The notes under the pieces: model-generated
Told to the model about the DNA's origin: nothing
The model's input: only the letters and a program-made list of their open reading frames with translations
Database searches by the model: none
Part shown: positions 44,516 through 59,499 of the stretch, in pieces
How the letters are laid out: each line of letters starts with the position of its first letter
How positions within the stretch are numbered: the first letter of the stretch is position 1
Translations under genes and position numbers: made by a program
Origin: Eledone cirrhosa
Taxonomy: Eukaryota
Direction of reading: 5' to 3'
DNA: 64,000 nt
NCBI GenBank assembly: GCA_964016885.1
Contig: OZ024745.1
Span: 130,944,001-131,008,000, forward strand

Positions 44516-44914
44516 AAAAAGATCGAAAGAAAGAAAAAAGAAAGAAAGAAGGAACGAGTAGTGGTGATAGTGATTATGTTTTTAACAACAAAAAACGGAA
44601 AACAAACCGGTTTTAATATGTTGAAGTGAAAACTACAGTCAATAAATTGAACGCTGCATATGAGACGTGTATGAAAATTGCAGCATCATAATTGTATTTT
44701 TTATCCTCAATCCAATAAATAATTGTTTAAATTTTGTTTGTATTGCTTTCATTAGCATTACCATAAAACCATATTTCCATTGATTTGCAGGATTTACATT
44801 TGTATGGAGACTTGCAGAACTAAACAAACGTGTATACCGACAGACAACTATATATATATAAATATATATATATATATGTGTGTGTGTGTGTATGTATATA
44901 TATATATGTATATA

Positions 44915-44994
<80 letters not shown>

Positions 44995-45587
44995 ATTATA
45001 TATATATATATTATATAATTATATATATATATACATACACATACATGTGCATACATCACATATATATGTGTGTGTGTGTGTATGTGTGTATGTATATATA
45101 TATATATATATACATACGCACATACATGTGTATACATATATATATATATATACATATATATGTGTGTATGTGTGTTGTTTTAAATAGACATTGAAACGTC
45201 GAGTGAGTTAAAATATTTTTAGATATGAAGAAAATCTCAAACTCCGGGGAAAAGCTGTTAAAACAGCTTTAGAAATCGGGTAAAAATACCCCAATAGACG
45301 GGAAAAGGGGACAACAGCCGCTACAGAGAATAATATATTTATATATATATTATTTATCAACAATGGGTTTGGGAGAAAATATCTCAGGAAATCGTTCTGC
45401 TTGCTAAATACACATACAGTACAGTCTCACATATTATATCAGAATGAAATGAAATACAAATCCGATCAATTAAGTTTGTCCTTGCAATAAGAAGACAAAA
45501 CTTTATCTGTAAATGTTTAACATTTAAAACAACGAACAAGAGATTACTTCAATAATATCAACTAATCCAATTTTCTTTTTATATACT

Positions 45588-45745
45588 ATGGGCATGTGGT
45601 TAGAATGTCTCAGGAAAGAATTGCTGGACAGATTTTACGGGCAAAACTAACTGGCCGGAGACCCAGGGGTAGACCCCGAGCAAGGTGGTTGGATAACATC
45701 ATGAGCTCGGCTGGTCTCGCTTGGGGATCCAGCCGAATCAGTACC
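45588..45745 (+). mobile_element. RTE LINE C-terminal fragment
   Basis: YGHVVRMSQERIAGQILRAKLTGRRPRGRPRARWLDNI. Confidence 0.75.
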
Positions 45746-45989
45746 CCCTCGTAAATATACTAGAACCTGTTAGTCCAAAAGAATGACAACAACTAATCAT
45801 AGAGGATTAAAACTCCCGCAACCCCCATCAGAAAATATCTGAAACCTCTATCAGAAAATACTTTTGTCCTCTCCTAGCCGCCTACAAGCGTTAACAGGAA
45901 AGTTAATGAGCCAAAACTATTGACGGGATGGTCATGAGTGGAATATATTTGATTATAGGTTTCTTTGTTTATGGATCAGTCAAGACTAA

Positions 45990-46300
45990 GCAACTACAAT
46001 CTGGAAAACAATGAGACAGGGACCAACGAAAAATTATTCTCCCCATGTGTAAGACTTAAGGGAATTTGGCTGCCATTTCTAGCATATTGAGTGATCATGT
46101 AGGGGCTTTCCCTTGCACAGATGTTGAAACCATGGTGTCTTCGCGCAGTAAGTGTCGTGGTGCTGTTTTGGTGCAATTGCAAATGACGTTTCAGTCCAAC
46201 TGAGGCACACGCTTTTCCACACTTTCCACCAAACAGGAAAACCATGCAATGCACATTTGACAGTGTCTCCGTGTACATGGCTTCCCCGATGACTTCCAAG
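45990..46300 (-). mobile_element. Probable LINE 3' end with C2H2-like remnant
   Basis: KCGKACASVGLKRHLQLH resembles the terminal zinc finger of RTE-type ORFs. Confidence 0.4.
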
Positions 46301-46353
46301 GCCCGCCTTACTTAGACATAACCAGTTATGTCTAAATAAGACATACATACATA

Positions 46354-46930
46354 CATGATATTATTATATGGGACAGGGAAAAGAAGGCATGCGCAGTGGT
46401 GGAAGTTAGCTGTCCAGCAGATGCCAATATAATATCAAAGATTAACGAAAAGGAGAATATTTATGCAGAACTGATGAGAAATCTGCAGATACTCCACCCT
46501 GATTACACCTTCAGATTCGTGCCTGTGATCATTGGGGCACTGGGATATGTTAGTAACTGCCTCAATACAAATCTTGAGAAGCTGGGCTTCACAGGAACAG
46601 AAAGAACACAACTAGTTAGGAAATTACAAGTACAATCCATTAATGGAACAGTAAAAATATGTAAAACATTCCAAAAATGTTGCATCTAATAACTGCATAT
46701 ACACATGTACCGATACAAAGCATATACACATGCACACATACAACTCAAAACATATTCATCCACACATACAATAACATCCATATCTATACATGCATGTATG
46801 CAGACATATATACATATCTACCTAGTTGATGTTGTGTAAATTCCAATGAGAGACTCTTGTGTCTATGTTAGAAACCGACTCTCTCTCTCTCTATTGGGAA
46901 AACTTTGTGAAATTATAAAACCAGAATAAC
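46354..46930 (+). mobile_element. R4-clade 3' fragment in (TACA)n
   Basis: DIIIWDREKKACAVVEVSCP...FVPVIIGALGY...KICKTF, homologous to the end of 17067..18992; TACA repeats on both sides. Confidence 0.85.
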
Positions 46931-47013
46931 ATACATACATACATACATACATACATACATACATACATACATACATACATACATACATACATACATACAT
47001 ACATACATACATA

Positions 47014-47345
47014 CATGACAGCAACTCGATTTCCAGTAATGCCATCGCTTGATACTTAAGCATGAGCATCACGGACGAGGAATTTTAGTCCTCCTGGCCT
47101 ATGACCAGTCATGCCATGCTTCGCAAAAATATGTCACATATCAAGCGATGCCTGTGCTTGAAGCTTTTTTAAGTGAGGAAAGGCTTTGCACGGGGCCAGT
47201 CCCACTCTCAGAACTTCGAATGTATTTACTCAAAAAGAAGAACTGGTCTACACCATTGGATGTAAACGAAGTCGCAGCTTTTATATCAGAGTGACCTTCT
47301 CCGAGAGAGATGTCTTAAGGAAGACTAGGGGTCTCTCGCTCCACA
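47014..47345 (-). mobile_element. Diverged copy of the RTE-related non-coding retroposon
   Basis: Shared blocks gccagtcccactctc, caaaaagaagaac, ttatatcagagt...ccttctcc; (TATG)n tail. Confidence 0.65.
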
Positions 47346-47446
47346 AAAAAAATAATAATAACGATACATACATACAGAGACACACACACGCACATACATA
47401 CATACATACATACATACATACATACATACATACATACATACATACA

Positions 47447-47477
<31 letters not shown>

Positions 47478-47597
47478 CATAATAGATACAGGATGACAAA
47501 GTTGACGTCTAAACTCCAATGAAGTTGTCTTGCCTTTGGTTTAGAAACATCTTGTTTATTCATTGGTGAGACATTTGAAAAGTAAAGCCAGATCAAA

Positions 47598-47678
<81 letters not shown>

Positions 47679-48288
47679 CAAAAGTATTTGTCATTTAATT
47701 AAGATGATCATGTCACTTTTTCGATTAATTTTTTAATTTAAAAAGAAATGCTTTATTTTTAATTAGTAATTCTTTTTTCTTTTTTTTTTCTTTTTTTTTT
47801 CTTTTTTTCTTTTTTTTCTTTTTTTTTCTTTTTTTTTCTTTTTTTTTCTTTTTTTTTTTTCTTTTTTTTCTTTTTTTTTCTTTTTTTTTTGTACCTTATC
47901 TGAATTTTGTTGATGGGTTTTTATAAGGTTTGTAGTAAAGGGAAAACAACAACTATTCGTACTACAACATATTTTGATAGTGAAAGGATTCTATCTAAAT
48001 TAGGTTTGATTGGTTCCAGTCAATTAAGTAAACATTTGTCACATTGCAGGAAGAGTAATGGCCCCTGATATCATGATAACGATTATAGCTTGAGGATCGT
48101 CAATAGGAATGTGAAAATAAAGAAGGTGAGAGGTAATCTATCATATGTGGGTGTGTGTGTTGGTGGGGGGTGTAAAAAGTAAACAGAAATAACAAAGCAT
48201 ACGACACAGTACATTGAAGAAATATTATATATATATATATATACGTATATGTATATATATATATACATATATACATATACATATATTC

Positions 48289-48359
<71 letters not shown>

Positions 48360-48365
48360 TGTATA

Positions 48366-48421
<56 letters not shown>

Positions 48422-48438
48422 TATATATATATATATAG

Positions 48439-48491
<53 letters not shown>

Positions 48492-48620
48492 ATCTGAGTT
48501 TTCCGAATATTAATAATAATATTCGATTCGTTTGCAATTATGCAAACAGCCTCTCTTTGTTTTTAAGCCATGACAGTAGAATGAGCCCCTCAATCTTGCT
48601 CTTGTGTTGCTTTTATTAAT

Positions 48621-48753
<133 letters not shown>

Positions 48754-49159
48754 CATAATAGTTCTGTAATAGAAAGAAATATGTCCAGCAGACAAAGCAA
48801 TACAGATCCCTCCAGCAAGACATGTTCTGGTCTCCGGAGGTATGAAAAGGCTCACAAAAATAACAGCTAGGAACCGGGAGAAGTGTACTACAATCCACTG
48901 CTACACACTTCGAAGAACTTCTCTACATGCAAATGACAGAAACATATCTAAGCTCGGGAATAAAGTTTTCTAAAATCCAAGCATGATTCTGTGATAAAGA
49001 AGTTTGTCTCGCGACAAAGTGATTCCGTGTTCGATCCTAGTAGTATAATGTAGAAGAATGAGATGTCTTGTGATTCTGCATTATGTGGTTGTCTTACTTA
49101 GTTGATTAAATTATTGTGGTTCAAACATTTAGTAGCTGGAAACTATGTGGGTATGTGTG

Positions 49160-51029
49160 TACAAGGAGGTGCTGAAAAGTTCCTCGGTTTGTGTAAAAGA
49201 AAATACAGGAGGATCAGTTAAAAGAAAATACAGGAGGATCTGTTAAAAGAAAATACAGGAGGATCTGTTAAAAGAAGATACAGGAGGATCAGTTAAAAGA
49301 AAATACAGGAGGATCAGTTAAAAGAAAATACAGGAGGATCAGTTAAAAGAAGATACAGGAGGATCAGTTAATAGAAAATACAGGAGGATCAGTTAAAAGA
49401 AAATACAGGAGGATCTGTTAAAAGAAGATACAGGAGGACCAGTTAATAGAAAATACAGGAGGATCAGTTAATAGAAAATACAGGAGGATCAGTTAAAAGA
49501 AAATACAGGAAGATCAGTTAAGAGAAAATACAGGAGGATCAGTTAAAAGAAAATACAGGAGGATCAGTTAAAAGAAAATACAGGAGGATCAGTTAAAAGA
49601 AAATACAGGAGGATCTGTTAAAAGAAGATACAGGAGGACCAGTTAATAGAAAATACAGGAGGATCAGTTAATAGAAAATACAGGAGGATCAGTTAAAAGA
49701 AAATACAGGAAGATCAGTTAAGAGAAAATACAGGAGGATCAGTTAAAAGAAAATACAGGAGGATCAGTTAAAAGAAAATACAGGAGCATCAGTTAAGAGA
49801 AAATACAGGAGGATCAGTTAAGAGAAAATACAGGAGCATCAGTTAAGAGAAAATACAGGAGGATCAGTTAAAAGAAAATACAGGTGGATCTGTTAAAAGA
49901 AGATACAGGAGGACCAGTTAATAGAAAATACAGGAGGATCAGTTAAAAGAAAATACAGGAGGATCAGTTAAAAGAAAATACAGGTGGATCTGTTAAAAGA
50001 AGATACAGGAGGACCAGTTAATAGAAAATACAGGAGGATCAGTTAAAAGAAAATACAGGAGGATGAGTTAAAAGAAAATACAGGTGGATCTGTTAAAAGA
50101 AGATACAGGAGGACCAGTTAATAGAAAATACAGGAGGATCAGTTAAAAGAAAATACAGGAGGATCAGTTAAAAGAAAATACAGGTGGATCTGTTAAAAGA
50201 AGATACAGGAGGACCAGTTAATAGAAAATACAGGAGGATCAGTTAAAAGAAAATACAGGAGGATCAGTTAAAAGAAAATACAGGAGGATCAGTTAATAGA
50301 AAATACAGGAGGATCAGTTAAAAGAAAATACAGGAGGATGAGTTAAAAGAAAATACAGGTGGATCAGTTAAAAGAAAATACAGGTGGATCAGTTAAAAGA
50401 AAATACAGGAAGATCAGTTAAGAGAAAATACAGGAGGATCAGTTAAGAGAAAATACAGGAGCATCAGTTAAGAGAAAATACAGGAGGATCAGTTAAAAGA
50501 AAATACAGGAGGATGAGTTAAAAGAAAATACAGGAGGATCAGTTAAAAGAAAATACAGGAGAATCAGTTAAAAGAAAATACAGGAAGATCAGTTAAGAGA
50601 AAATACAGGAGGATCAGTTAAAAGAAGATACAGGAGGACCAGTTAAAAGAAAATACAGGAAGATCAGTTAAGAGAAAATACAGGAGGATCAGTTAAGAGA
50701 AAATACAGGAGGATCAGTTAAAAGAAGATACAGCAGGACCAGTTAATAGAAAATACAGGAGGATCAGTTAAAATAAAATATAGGAGGATCAGTTAAGAGA
50801 AAATACAGGAGGATCAGTTAATAGAAAATACAGGAGGATCAGTTAATAGAAAATACAGGGGGATCAATTAATTATGATTTTATTCAACATATTCCTCTCT
50901 CGGATTCACACATTTATTGCAGCGGTCCTTCGGTTTTTCTAAGCCTCGTAAAAAGAACTCGAAAAGTTGGGCCGTCAACTAGGCAATTGTAGCAGCGATC
51001 AAGCCTGGAACTTTTCAACACCCCTTGTA
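49160..51029. mobile_element. mariner-type MITE inflated by an internal minisatellite
   Basis: TIRs tacaaggaggtgctgaaaagttcc / ggaacttttcaacaccccttgta. Confidence 0.82.
49195..50870. repeat. 25 bp minisatellite, ~67 copies
   Basis: Unit aaaagaaaatacaggaggatcagtt. Confidence 0.95.
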
Positions 51030-51036
51030 GTAGGTG

Positions 51037-51093
<57 letters not shown>

Positions 51094-51294
51094 GTGCGTG
51101 CGTGCGTGTGTGTGTGTGGTGTGTGGTGTGTGTGGCGTGTGTGTGTTTGTGTGTGTGTGTTTGTGTGCGTGTGTATATATGTAACTAAGATCGTCAACTG
51201 CCTTGAACGTAAACAAATTTACAACCCAATGCTATTCACGAATTCAAGCAAACGCGTGAACCTTAGGAAAAGGGCAGTCGAATTAGTAGAGTCG

Positions 51295-52645
51295 TTCTGT
51301 CAATAATTATGTCCTCTGTCAATAATTATGTCCTCAGTCAATAGCTATGTCCTCAGTCAATAACTATGTCCTCAGTCAATAACTATGTCCTCAGTCAATA
51401 GCTGTCCTCAGTCAATAGCTATGTCCTCTGTCAATAACTATGTCCTCAGTCAATTGTTATATCCTCAGTCAATTGTTATGTCCTCAGTCAATAACTATGT
51501 CCTCAGTCAATAGCTATGTCCTCAGTCAATAGCTATGTCCTCAGTCAATAACTATGTCCTCAGTCAATAGCTATGTCCTCAGTCAATAGCTATGTCCTCT
51601 GTCAATAACTATGTCCTCAGTCAATAGCTATGTCCTCAGTCAATAGCTATGTCCTCAGTCAATAACTATGTCCTCAGTCAATTGTTATGTCCTCAGTCAA
51701 TAACTATGTCCTCAGTCAATAACTATGTCCTCAGTCAATAGCTATGTCCTCTGTCAATAACTATGTCCTCAGTCAATTGTTATGTCCTCAGTCCATAGCT
51801 ATGTCCTCAGTCAATTGTTATGTCCTCAGTCAATAGCTATGTCCTCAGTCAATAGCTATGTCCTCAGTCAATAGCTATGTCCTCAGTCAATTGTTATGTC
51901 CACAGTCAATAGCTATGTACTCAGTCAATAGCTATGTCCTCAGTCAATAACTATGTCCTCAGTCAATAACTATGTCCTCAGTCAATAGCTATGTCCTTAG
52001 TCAATTGTTATGTCCTCAGTCAATAACTATGTCCTCAGTCAATAACTATGTCCTCAGTCAATAGCTATGTCCTCAGTCAATAGCTATGTCCTCAGTCAAT
52101 AGCTATGTCCTCAGTCAATTGTTATGTCCTCAGTCAATAACTATGTCCTCAGTCAATAGCTATGTCCTCAGTCAATTGTTATGTCCTCAGTCAATAACTA
52201 TGTCCTCAGTCAATAACTATGTCCTCAGTCAATAGCTATGTCCTCAGTCAATAGCTATGTCCTCAGTCAATAGCTATGTCCTCAGTCAATTGTTATGTCC
52301 TCAGTCAATAGCTATGTCCTTAGTCAATAGCTATGTCCTCAGTCAATAACTATGTCCTCAGTCAATTGTTATGTCCTCAGTCAATAACTATGTCCTCAGT
52401 CAATAACTATGTCCTCAGTCAATAGCTATGTCCTCAGTCAATAGCTATATCCTCAGTCAATAGCTATGTCCTCAGTCAATAACTATGTCCTCAGTCAATA
52501 GCTATGTCCTCAGTCAATAGCTATGTCCTCTGTCAATAACTATGTCCTCTGTCAATAACTATATCCTCAGTCAATTACTATGTCCTCACTTCCAATATAT
52601 ATTTATGTCAATAGCTATGTCCTCAGTCAATACCTTATGTCCTCA
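51295..52645. repeat. 19 bp minisatellite, ~70 copies
   Basis: Unit tgtcctcagtcaata(g/a)cta with attgtta variants. Confidence 0.95.
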
Positions 52646-53674
52646 TTCCCAATCTACAATATTTGTGTCAAGAACTGTAGTCGTATTATCATTCTTCACT
52701 CTTTTACCGCTCATTAGTTTTACCATTCTTTATTAGATTCTCTTCACAAGACTGTTATCTTATTTCCTTTTTTGTTTGATTGATTCATTGAATTTGTTTG
52801 TTTTTGTTTTGGGTCTTTTTTTATTTTCTTTTGTTTTGTTTTTTTGTTGTTTTTTACCTTATCACCCAAACTATTTCTGAATCATTGGTGAATGCCAAGT
52901 ATGATAGAATCTGGGAATCTAGTAGACTCACTGATTTTGATTTTGCCAAGACAACGTATGAAGAAGCTACTGAAAAAAACGAAACAACCAACTCTTCTTT
53001 ATTAAAAAAAAAGAAGGGAAAATAGAGAGAGATGGGGGAAAGAGAGAGAGAGGGGAAGAGAGAGAGATGGGGGAGGGGAGAGAGGGGGGATAGGGGGAGG
53101 GGCGAGGATGAGGAGAAAAACCACAACTAACAAGGTTATGGAAATTGAATGAATATTGTTGGAATCGATATTCCAAGATCGGATTATCGATATCAAGCAA
53201 GCAATTTCGCTCTTTTCATGTGGAATCGATAGAATAAACTGTATGTTCTTTTGGTTTGATTTCATTTCCTTTGTTTTTGTTAGTTTTGTTTGTTTTTGTT
53301 TTGTTTTCTGTTGTTTTTGTTAGTTTTGTTTATTGTTTTCTGTTGTTTTCTCATATGTTATTATTATAAATATTGTTTGTGTTTTAGAAGGATGTAAAGG
53401 GATTTTTAGGCTGGGGTGAGGGACGGGAGAGCCGTTTTTTAATTGTAGACTATACTAATTATTTATATTTGTTCCTTGCTTGTTTTTTATGGTGGAAGTT
53501 TATGTTGATGATAATAGTAGTAGTAGCAATGGTAGGTGTGGTGTTGGTGGGGATGCTGTGGCTTAGTTTGTGTCTTAGCTGTTATTTATTAATAGTAGAG
53601 AATATGATGTTAGTGATAGATATGGCGGAGGAGTGTCCGGGGGGAAATAGTAGATTTGATGGCGCTAGTGAATG

Positions 53675-54435
53675 TTATGGTGGTAGTGGTTATTGTGGTG
53701 TTGTTGTTGATGGTGGTGGTGGTGTTGTTGTTGATGGTGGTGCTGGTGATGGTGGTGGTGGTGGTGTTGATGGTGGTGGTGGTGGTGGTGGTGGTGGTGG
53801 TGGTGATGGTGGTGTTGGTGTTGATGTTGATGGTGGTGGTGGTGGTGTTGTTGATGGTGGTGGTGGTGGTGGTAGTAGTAGTAGTAGTAGTGGTGGTGGT
53901 GGTGGTGGTCGTCGTGATGGTGGTGGTGGTGGTGTTGTTGTTGATGGTGGTGGTGGTGGTGTTGTTGATGGTGGTGGTGGTAGTGGTGGTGGTGTTGATG
54001 TTGATGGTGGTGGTGTTGTTGTTGATGGTGGTGGTGGTGGTGGTGGTGGTGGTAGTAGTAGTAGTGGTGGTGGTGGTGATGGTGGTGGTGGTAGTGGTGG
54101 TGGTGATGGTGGTGGTAGTGGTGGTGTTGTTGTTGATGGTGGTGGTGGTGGTGTTGTTGATGGTGGTGGTGGTGGCGGTGGTGGTGGTGGTGGTGGTGGT
54201 GGTGGTGGTGGTGGTGGTGGTGGTGGTGGTGGTGGTGGTGATGGTGGTGGTGGAAGTGGTGTTCATGGTGGTGGTGGTGGTGGTGGTGGTGGTGTTGTTG
54301 TTGATGGTGGTGGTGGTGATGGTGATGGTGGTGGTCTTGTTGTTTATAGTGGTGGTGTTGTTTTTGATGGTGGTGGTGATGGTGGTGATGGTGGTGGTGG
54401 TGTTGTTGGTGGTGATGGTGGTAAAGGAGGCGTTT

Positions 54436-54467
<32 letters not shown>

Positions 54468-54490
54468 GGTGGTAGTGGTAAAGGGTGATG
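53675..54490. repeat. Degenerate (GGT)n tract
   Basis: Direct reading. Confidence 0.92.
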
Positions 54491-54739
54491 GTAGCGTTAT
54501 GTTGCTGTCTTTGTTATTTTATAGTTACTGTTGTTGTTGCCATTGTTATGTTATTGTCAGTCATTCCCATTATGGCCATCACCCTCGTTAGTCATATTAC
54601 TATCAATTAACACTATAAACAAAAGCTTTTACAGCCATAAATCACTGCTACCATCGCCATTAATGTCACCATTACTGATACTATATAGCAACAATTTCAT
54701 ATAGTTCATACATACTCAGTATTCTTTATGGTTCTCAAC

Positions 54740-55515
54740 GATCGGAGTTCAAATCCCACCGAGGCCAACTTTGGTTTCTATCCATCGCCCTAATAATTGT
54801 TTCTACTTTAGGTACAAGGCCAGCAATTACCCAGTACATTACTGGTACTTTATTTTATCGACCCCGTAAGGAAGAAAGGCAAAGTTAACCTCGGCGGGAT
54901 TTGAATTCAGATTGTAAAGGGACGTAACTGTGCTGGAAAGCATGTCTGACCCTCTACCGATACTGCCAATTCACGCCCTAATAATAATTGTTTCTACTTT
55001 TGGCACAAGGCCAGCAATTATCCCAGTGCATTACTGGTAATGGTTTCTTATATAGGCACAATGCCAGCAATTTTGGGGGAAGGGAAAGTCGATTAAATCC
55101 ACCCTAGTGCGTGACTGGTACTTTATTTTATCGACCTCGTAAGGATGTAAGGCAAAGCTAACCTCGGCGGGATTTGAACTCAGAACATAAAGGGCCGTAA
55201 CTCTATGCTTCAAAGTATGTAGTCCAACGCTCTACAGATTCTGCCAATCTACCTCCCTAATGATAATAATAATAATGATTTCTAGTATAGGCACAAGTCC
55301 AGCAATTTTGGAGGAGGGGAAAATCAATGAAATTGCCCCCCAGTGTATTACTGGTACTTTATTTTATCGACCTCGTAAGGATGTAAGGCAAAGTTAACCT
55401 CGGCGGGATTTGAACTCAGAACATAAAGGACCGATCTCTGATTTAGGCACAAGGCCAACAATTTTTTTTTTGGGGGGGGGGAGTCGATTAAATCGACCCC
55501 GGAGCGTTACTGGTT
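54740..55515 (-). mobile_element. Tandem SINE cluster (about five copies or fragments)
   Basis: Repeated dominant SINE motifs, mostly in the same orientation. Confidence 0.85.
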
Positions 55516-56339
55516 TGTCCTGGTTGAACAAACCTGTGATCAAAGACATTCTAGTAGCAACTATTGTATCTTTTCAGACATTTTATCTCAGACTACTAAC
55601 GACTTTCAGACAGATAAAAAAAATGGTGTCTTCGCGCAACAGCTTGGCAATGTGCTAATTTTTACAGCGATTTTGTTGGGGGTTTTTTTCAAAAAAAATA
55701 AAAGCGATATATTACTGGCACATATTTTATCGATTCCGGAAGAATGAATGACAATGATGACCTCGATCGGATTAAAACTCAGAACAGCGAGGGACGTGAC
55801 TGACTACTAAAGATGTGACACTCTGAAAATGTGGCTTTTGTCATCCAAACTTTTTTCTTTTTCTAGAAATGACTGATACTTTATTTTATCGACATCTCCA
55901 CCTCACCGGAACGATGAAAGACAACCTCGACATGATTTGAACTCCGAACACATCAAGGGAAGTAATTAACTACTACAACTTCCCCCACACTCTACAGCTA
56001 TATAAAATTAATGAATAAAATTATTTTAATATTTCTCAGCGAATAACAAAAGACGTGGAGAGAGAAGATGGTGTAGTACAGCAGCACGATCGCTTCTTTC
56101 CCATCTTCATCATAATCTAATTTAATGGCTGTATGGTAGATTTGTTTTAAGATGGCGACGGAGGTAATGTTGCTGTTACTGTTGTTTTTGTTGTTGCTGT
56201 TTAGCTTCCGTCAGTCATGATTGAGTAGACTTATAAGTCTTTAGCTTCCGTCAGTCATGATTGAGTAGACTTATAAGTCTTTCCATTCAATCAAATTTTG
56301 TTTTGATTTTTTTTTTTCTTTCAAGAATGAATCTAAGAG

Positions 56340-56900
56340 TCAGCGGATTGGCAATATCGGTAGAGGGTCGGGCGCCAAGATTTGCAGCAGAGAGTTACGG
56401 CCCTTTACGGTCTGAGTTCAAATCCCACAAAGGTTAACTTTGCCTTTCATCCTTACGGCGTTCGATAAAATAAAGTGCCAGTAATACACTGAGATAATTG
56501 CTGGCCTTGTGCCAAAAGTAGAAACAATTACTAAATGTGGCCTTTCCTTTTTATTTTATCATTGTTAGCTGGTTGCTATTTCTAGTAGGTCGAGTAACCA
56601 CGTAGAGCTGTTCCGACGTTAGTGATGTTGTAACTGGTGGTGGTCGAGGAGAGGAGGTGGTAGTAATGGTGGCCGTGATTATGCTAAAAGAGCGGATGGT
56701 GGTGGTGATAATGCTGAGATTGATGATGATGATAATAATTGGTTTTACTTTTGGCACAAGGCCAGCAATTACCCCCAATGCATTACTGGTACTTTATTTT
56801 ATCGACCCCGGTGGAATTTGAACTCAGACCGTAAAAAGCCATAACTCTATGCTGCAAAGCATGACATCCAACGCTCTACCGATACTGCCAATCCACGGAT
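56340..56900. mobile_element. Two tRNA-derived SINEs in opposite orientation
   Basis: 56340-56530 on +, 56740-56900 on -. Confidence 0.82.
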
Positions 56901-56970
56901 GATGATAATAATGGCAATAGTAATGATGTTGATAACAGTGCTGAAGTAGTAAAAGAGGAGACGATATTGC

Positions 56971-57886
56971 GGTTGGTGGTGGTGGTGGTGGTGGTGGTGG
57001 TGGTGGTGGTGGTGGTGGTGGCGGCGGCGGTGGTGGTGGTGGTGGTGCTGGTGGTGGTGGTGGTGGTGGTGGTGGTGGTGGCGGTGGTGGTGGTGGTGGT
57101 GGTGGTGGCGGCGGCGGTGGTGGTGGTGGTGGTGGTGGTGGTGGTGGTGGTGGCGGTGGTGGTGGTGGTGGTGGCGGTGGTGGTGGTGGTGGTGGTGGTG
57201 GTGGTGGCGGTGGTGGTGGTGGCGGCGGCGGTGGTGGTGGTGGTGGTGGTGGTGGTGGTGGTGGTGGTGGTGGTGGTGGTGGTGGTGGTGGTGGTGGTGG
57301 CGGTGGTGGTGGTGGCGGTGGCGGTGGTGGTGGTGGTGGTGGTGGTGGTGGTGGCGGTGGCGGTGGTGGTGGTGGCGGCGGCGGTGGTGGTGGTGGTGGT
57401 GGCGGTGGTGGCGGCGGTGATGGTGGTGGCGGCGGTGGTGGTGGTGGTGGTGGTGGTGGTGGTGGTGGTGGTGGTGGTGGTGGTGGCGGTGGCGGCGGTG
57501 GCGGCGGCGGTGGTGGTGGTGGTGGTGGTGGTGGTGGTGGTGGTGGTGGTGGTGGTGGTGGTGGTGGTGGTGGTGGCGGAGGCGGTGGCGGTGGTGGTGG
57601 TGGTGGTGGTGGTGGTGGTGGTGGTGGTGGTGGTGGTGGCGGTGGCGGTGGCGGCGGTGGCGGTGGTGGTGGTGGTGGTGGTGGCGGCGGTGGTGGCGGT
57701 GGCGGCGGCGGTGGTGGTGGTGGTGGTGGTGGTGGTGGTGGTGGTGGTGGTGGTGGTGGTGGTGGTGGTGGTGGTGGTGGTGGTGGTGTGTTTTTGTAAC
57801 CAGTATTGAAAAGAGTGACAGTTATGGCTTCATAGAAGAAGAAGAAGAAGAAGAAGAAGAAGAAGAAGAAGAAGAAGAAGAAGAAG

Positions 57887-57916
<30 letters not shown>
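56971..57916. repeat. (GGT/GGC)n tract of ~815 bp followed by (GAA)n
   Basis: Direct reading. Confidence 0.95.
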
Positions 57917-57917
<1 letters not shown>

Positions 57918-59499
57918 GAGCTATGAGATGTGGTGAGGTGAGGTGAAGTGAAGTTATGTAAGGCGAGATGAGTGAATGATGTGTTTTGTTTACGTTTAAT
58001 GTTATGGCAGCCATTGAATCCGGTCAATTGAACAAGAATGAGAAATGTATAGACAGACAGATGCAGTGATCGGTGATGTCTGTTGAGCCGTCGACTATAT
58101 TGACAACATGCAGACAAAAACTAAAGAAAAGAAAGAAAATAGATTTGCAGTGATGGACAAACGATAGATGGGGGGGGGGGGGATAGTTTGTTGAAGACAG
58201 GAAGAGATAGAAAATGGTGAGACAGATGATGAAGACGAGACAAACGATGTAGACGATGAAAATGGAGACGTCGAAGAAGACGACGTCAAAGCCAACAAGG
58301 ATAAAGATGACAGAGAAAATAAAGACGATGAAAACCACGAAGACGATAAAGACGACGATAAAGACGACGAAAGGAAGCAGGCGGAGAAGACGAAATGAAG
58401 ATGACGACAAAAATGACGAAGGAGATGAGGAGGAAGGCGGAAACGAAGAAGTAGACGATGGAGAAAATGAAGACGAAGAAAACCACAAAGACGACGAAGG
58501 AGACGACGAAAGGAAGCAGACGAAGAGAAAGACGAAAATAACGAAGGAGAGGAATATGAAGACGAAGATGACGACGAAGGAGAATACGAAGACGAAATGA
58601 AGATGAAAGGGAAAAAGACGAAGAAGAACATAAGGACAACGAAGAAGAATCCTGATGAATATATTTCTACAATATTGACAATATATAATATTGACAATAT
58701 ATAATATTGACATTATATAATATTGACAATATATAATATTGACAATATATAACATTGACAATATATAATATTGACATTATATAATATTGACATTATATAA
58801 TATTGACATTATATAATATTAACATTATATAACATTGACAATATATAATATTGGCATTATATAATATTGACATTATATAATATTGGCATTATATGATATT
58901 GACATTATATAATATTGACATTATATAATATTGACATTATATAATATTGCCAATATATAATATTGACAATATATAATATTGACAATATATAATATTGACA
59001 TTATATAATATTGACAATATATAATATTGACATTATATAATATTGACAATATATAATATTGACATTATATAATATTGACATTATATAATATTGACATTAT
59101 ATAATATTGGCATTATATAATATTGACATTATATAATATTGACATTATATAATATTGGCATTATATGATATTGACATTATATAATATTGACATTATATAA
59201 TATTGACATTATATAATATTGCCAATATATAATATTGACAATATATAATATTGACAATATATAATATTGACATTATATAATATTGACAATATATAATATT
59301 GACATTATATAATATTGACAATATATAATATTGACATTATATAATATTGACATTATATAATATTGACAATATATAATATTGATATTATGTAATATTGACA
59401 ATATGTAATATTGACAATATATAATATTGACAATATATAATATTGACAATATATAATATTGACAATATATAATATTGACAATATACAATATTGACAATA

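Noticed and set aside
49195-52645. 25 bp and 19 bp arrays as CRISPR
   Set aside because: Head-to-tail repeats without unique spacers, no cas genes, eukaryotic context
53469-58014. Long poly-Gly/Val/Thr/Pro ORFs
   Set aside because: Translations of (GGT)n tracts that are open in several frames, with no unique domain
58190-58640. Acidic D/E-rich coding region
   Set aside because: Degenerate GAC/GAA repeat with in-frame stops and no splice support
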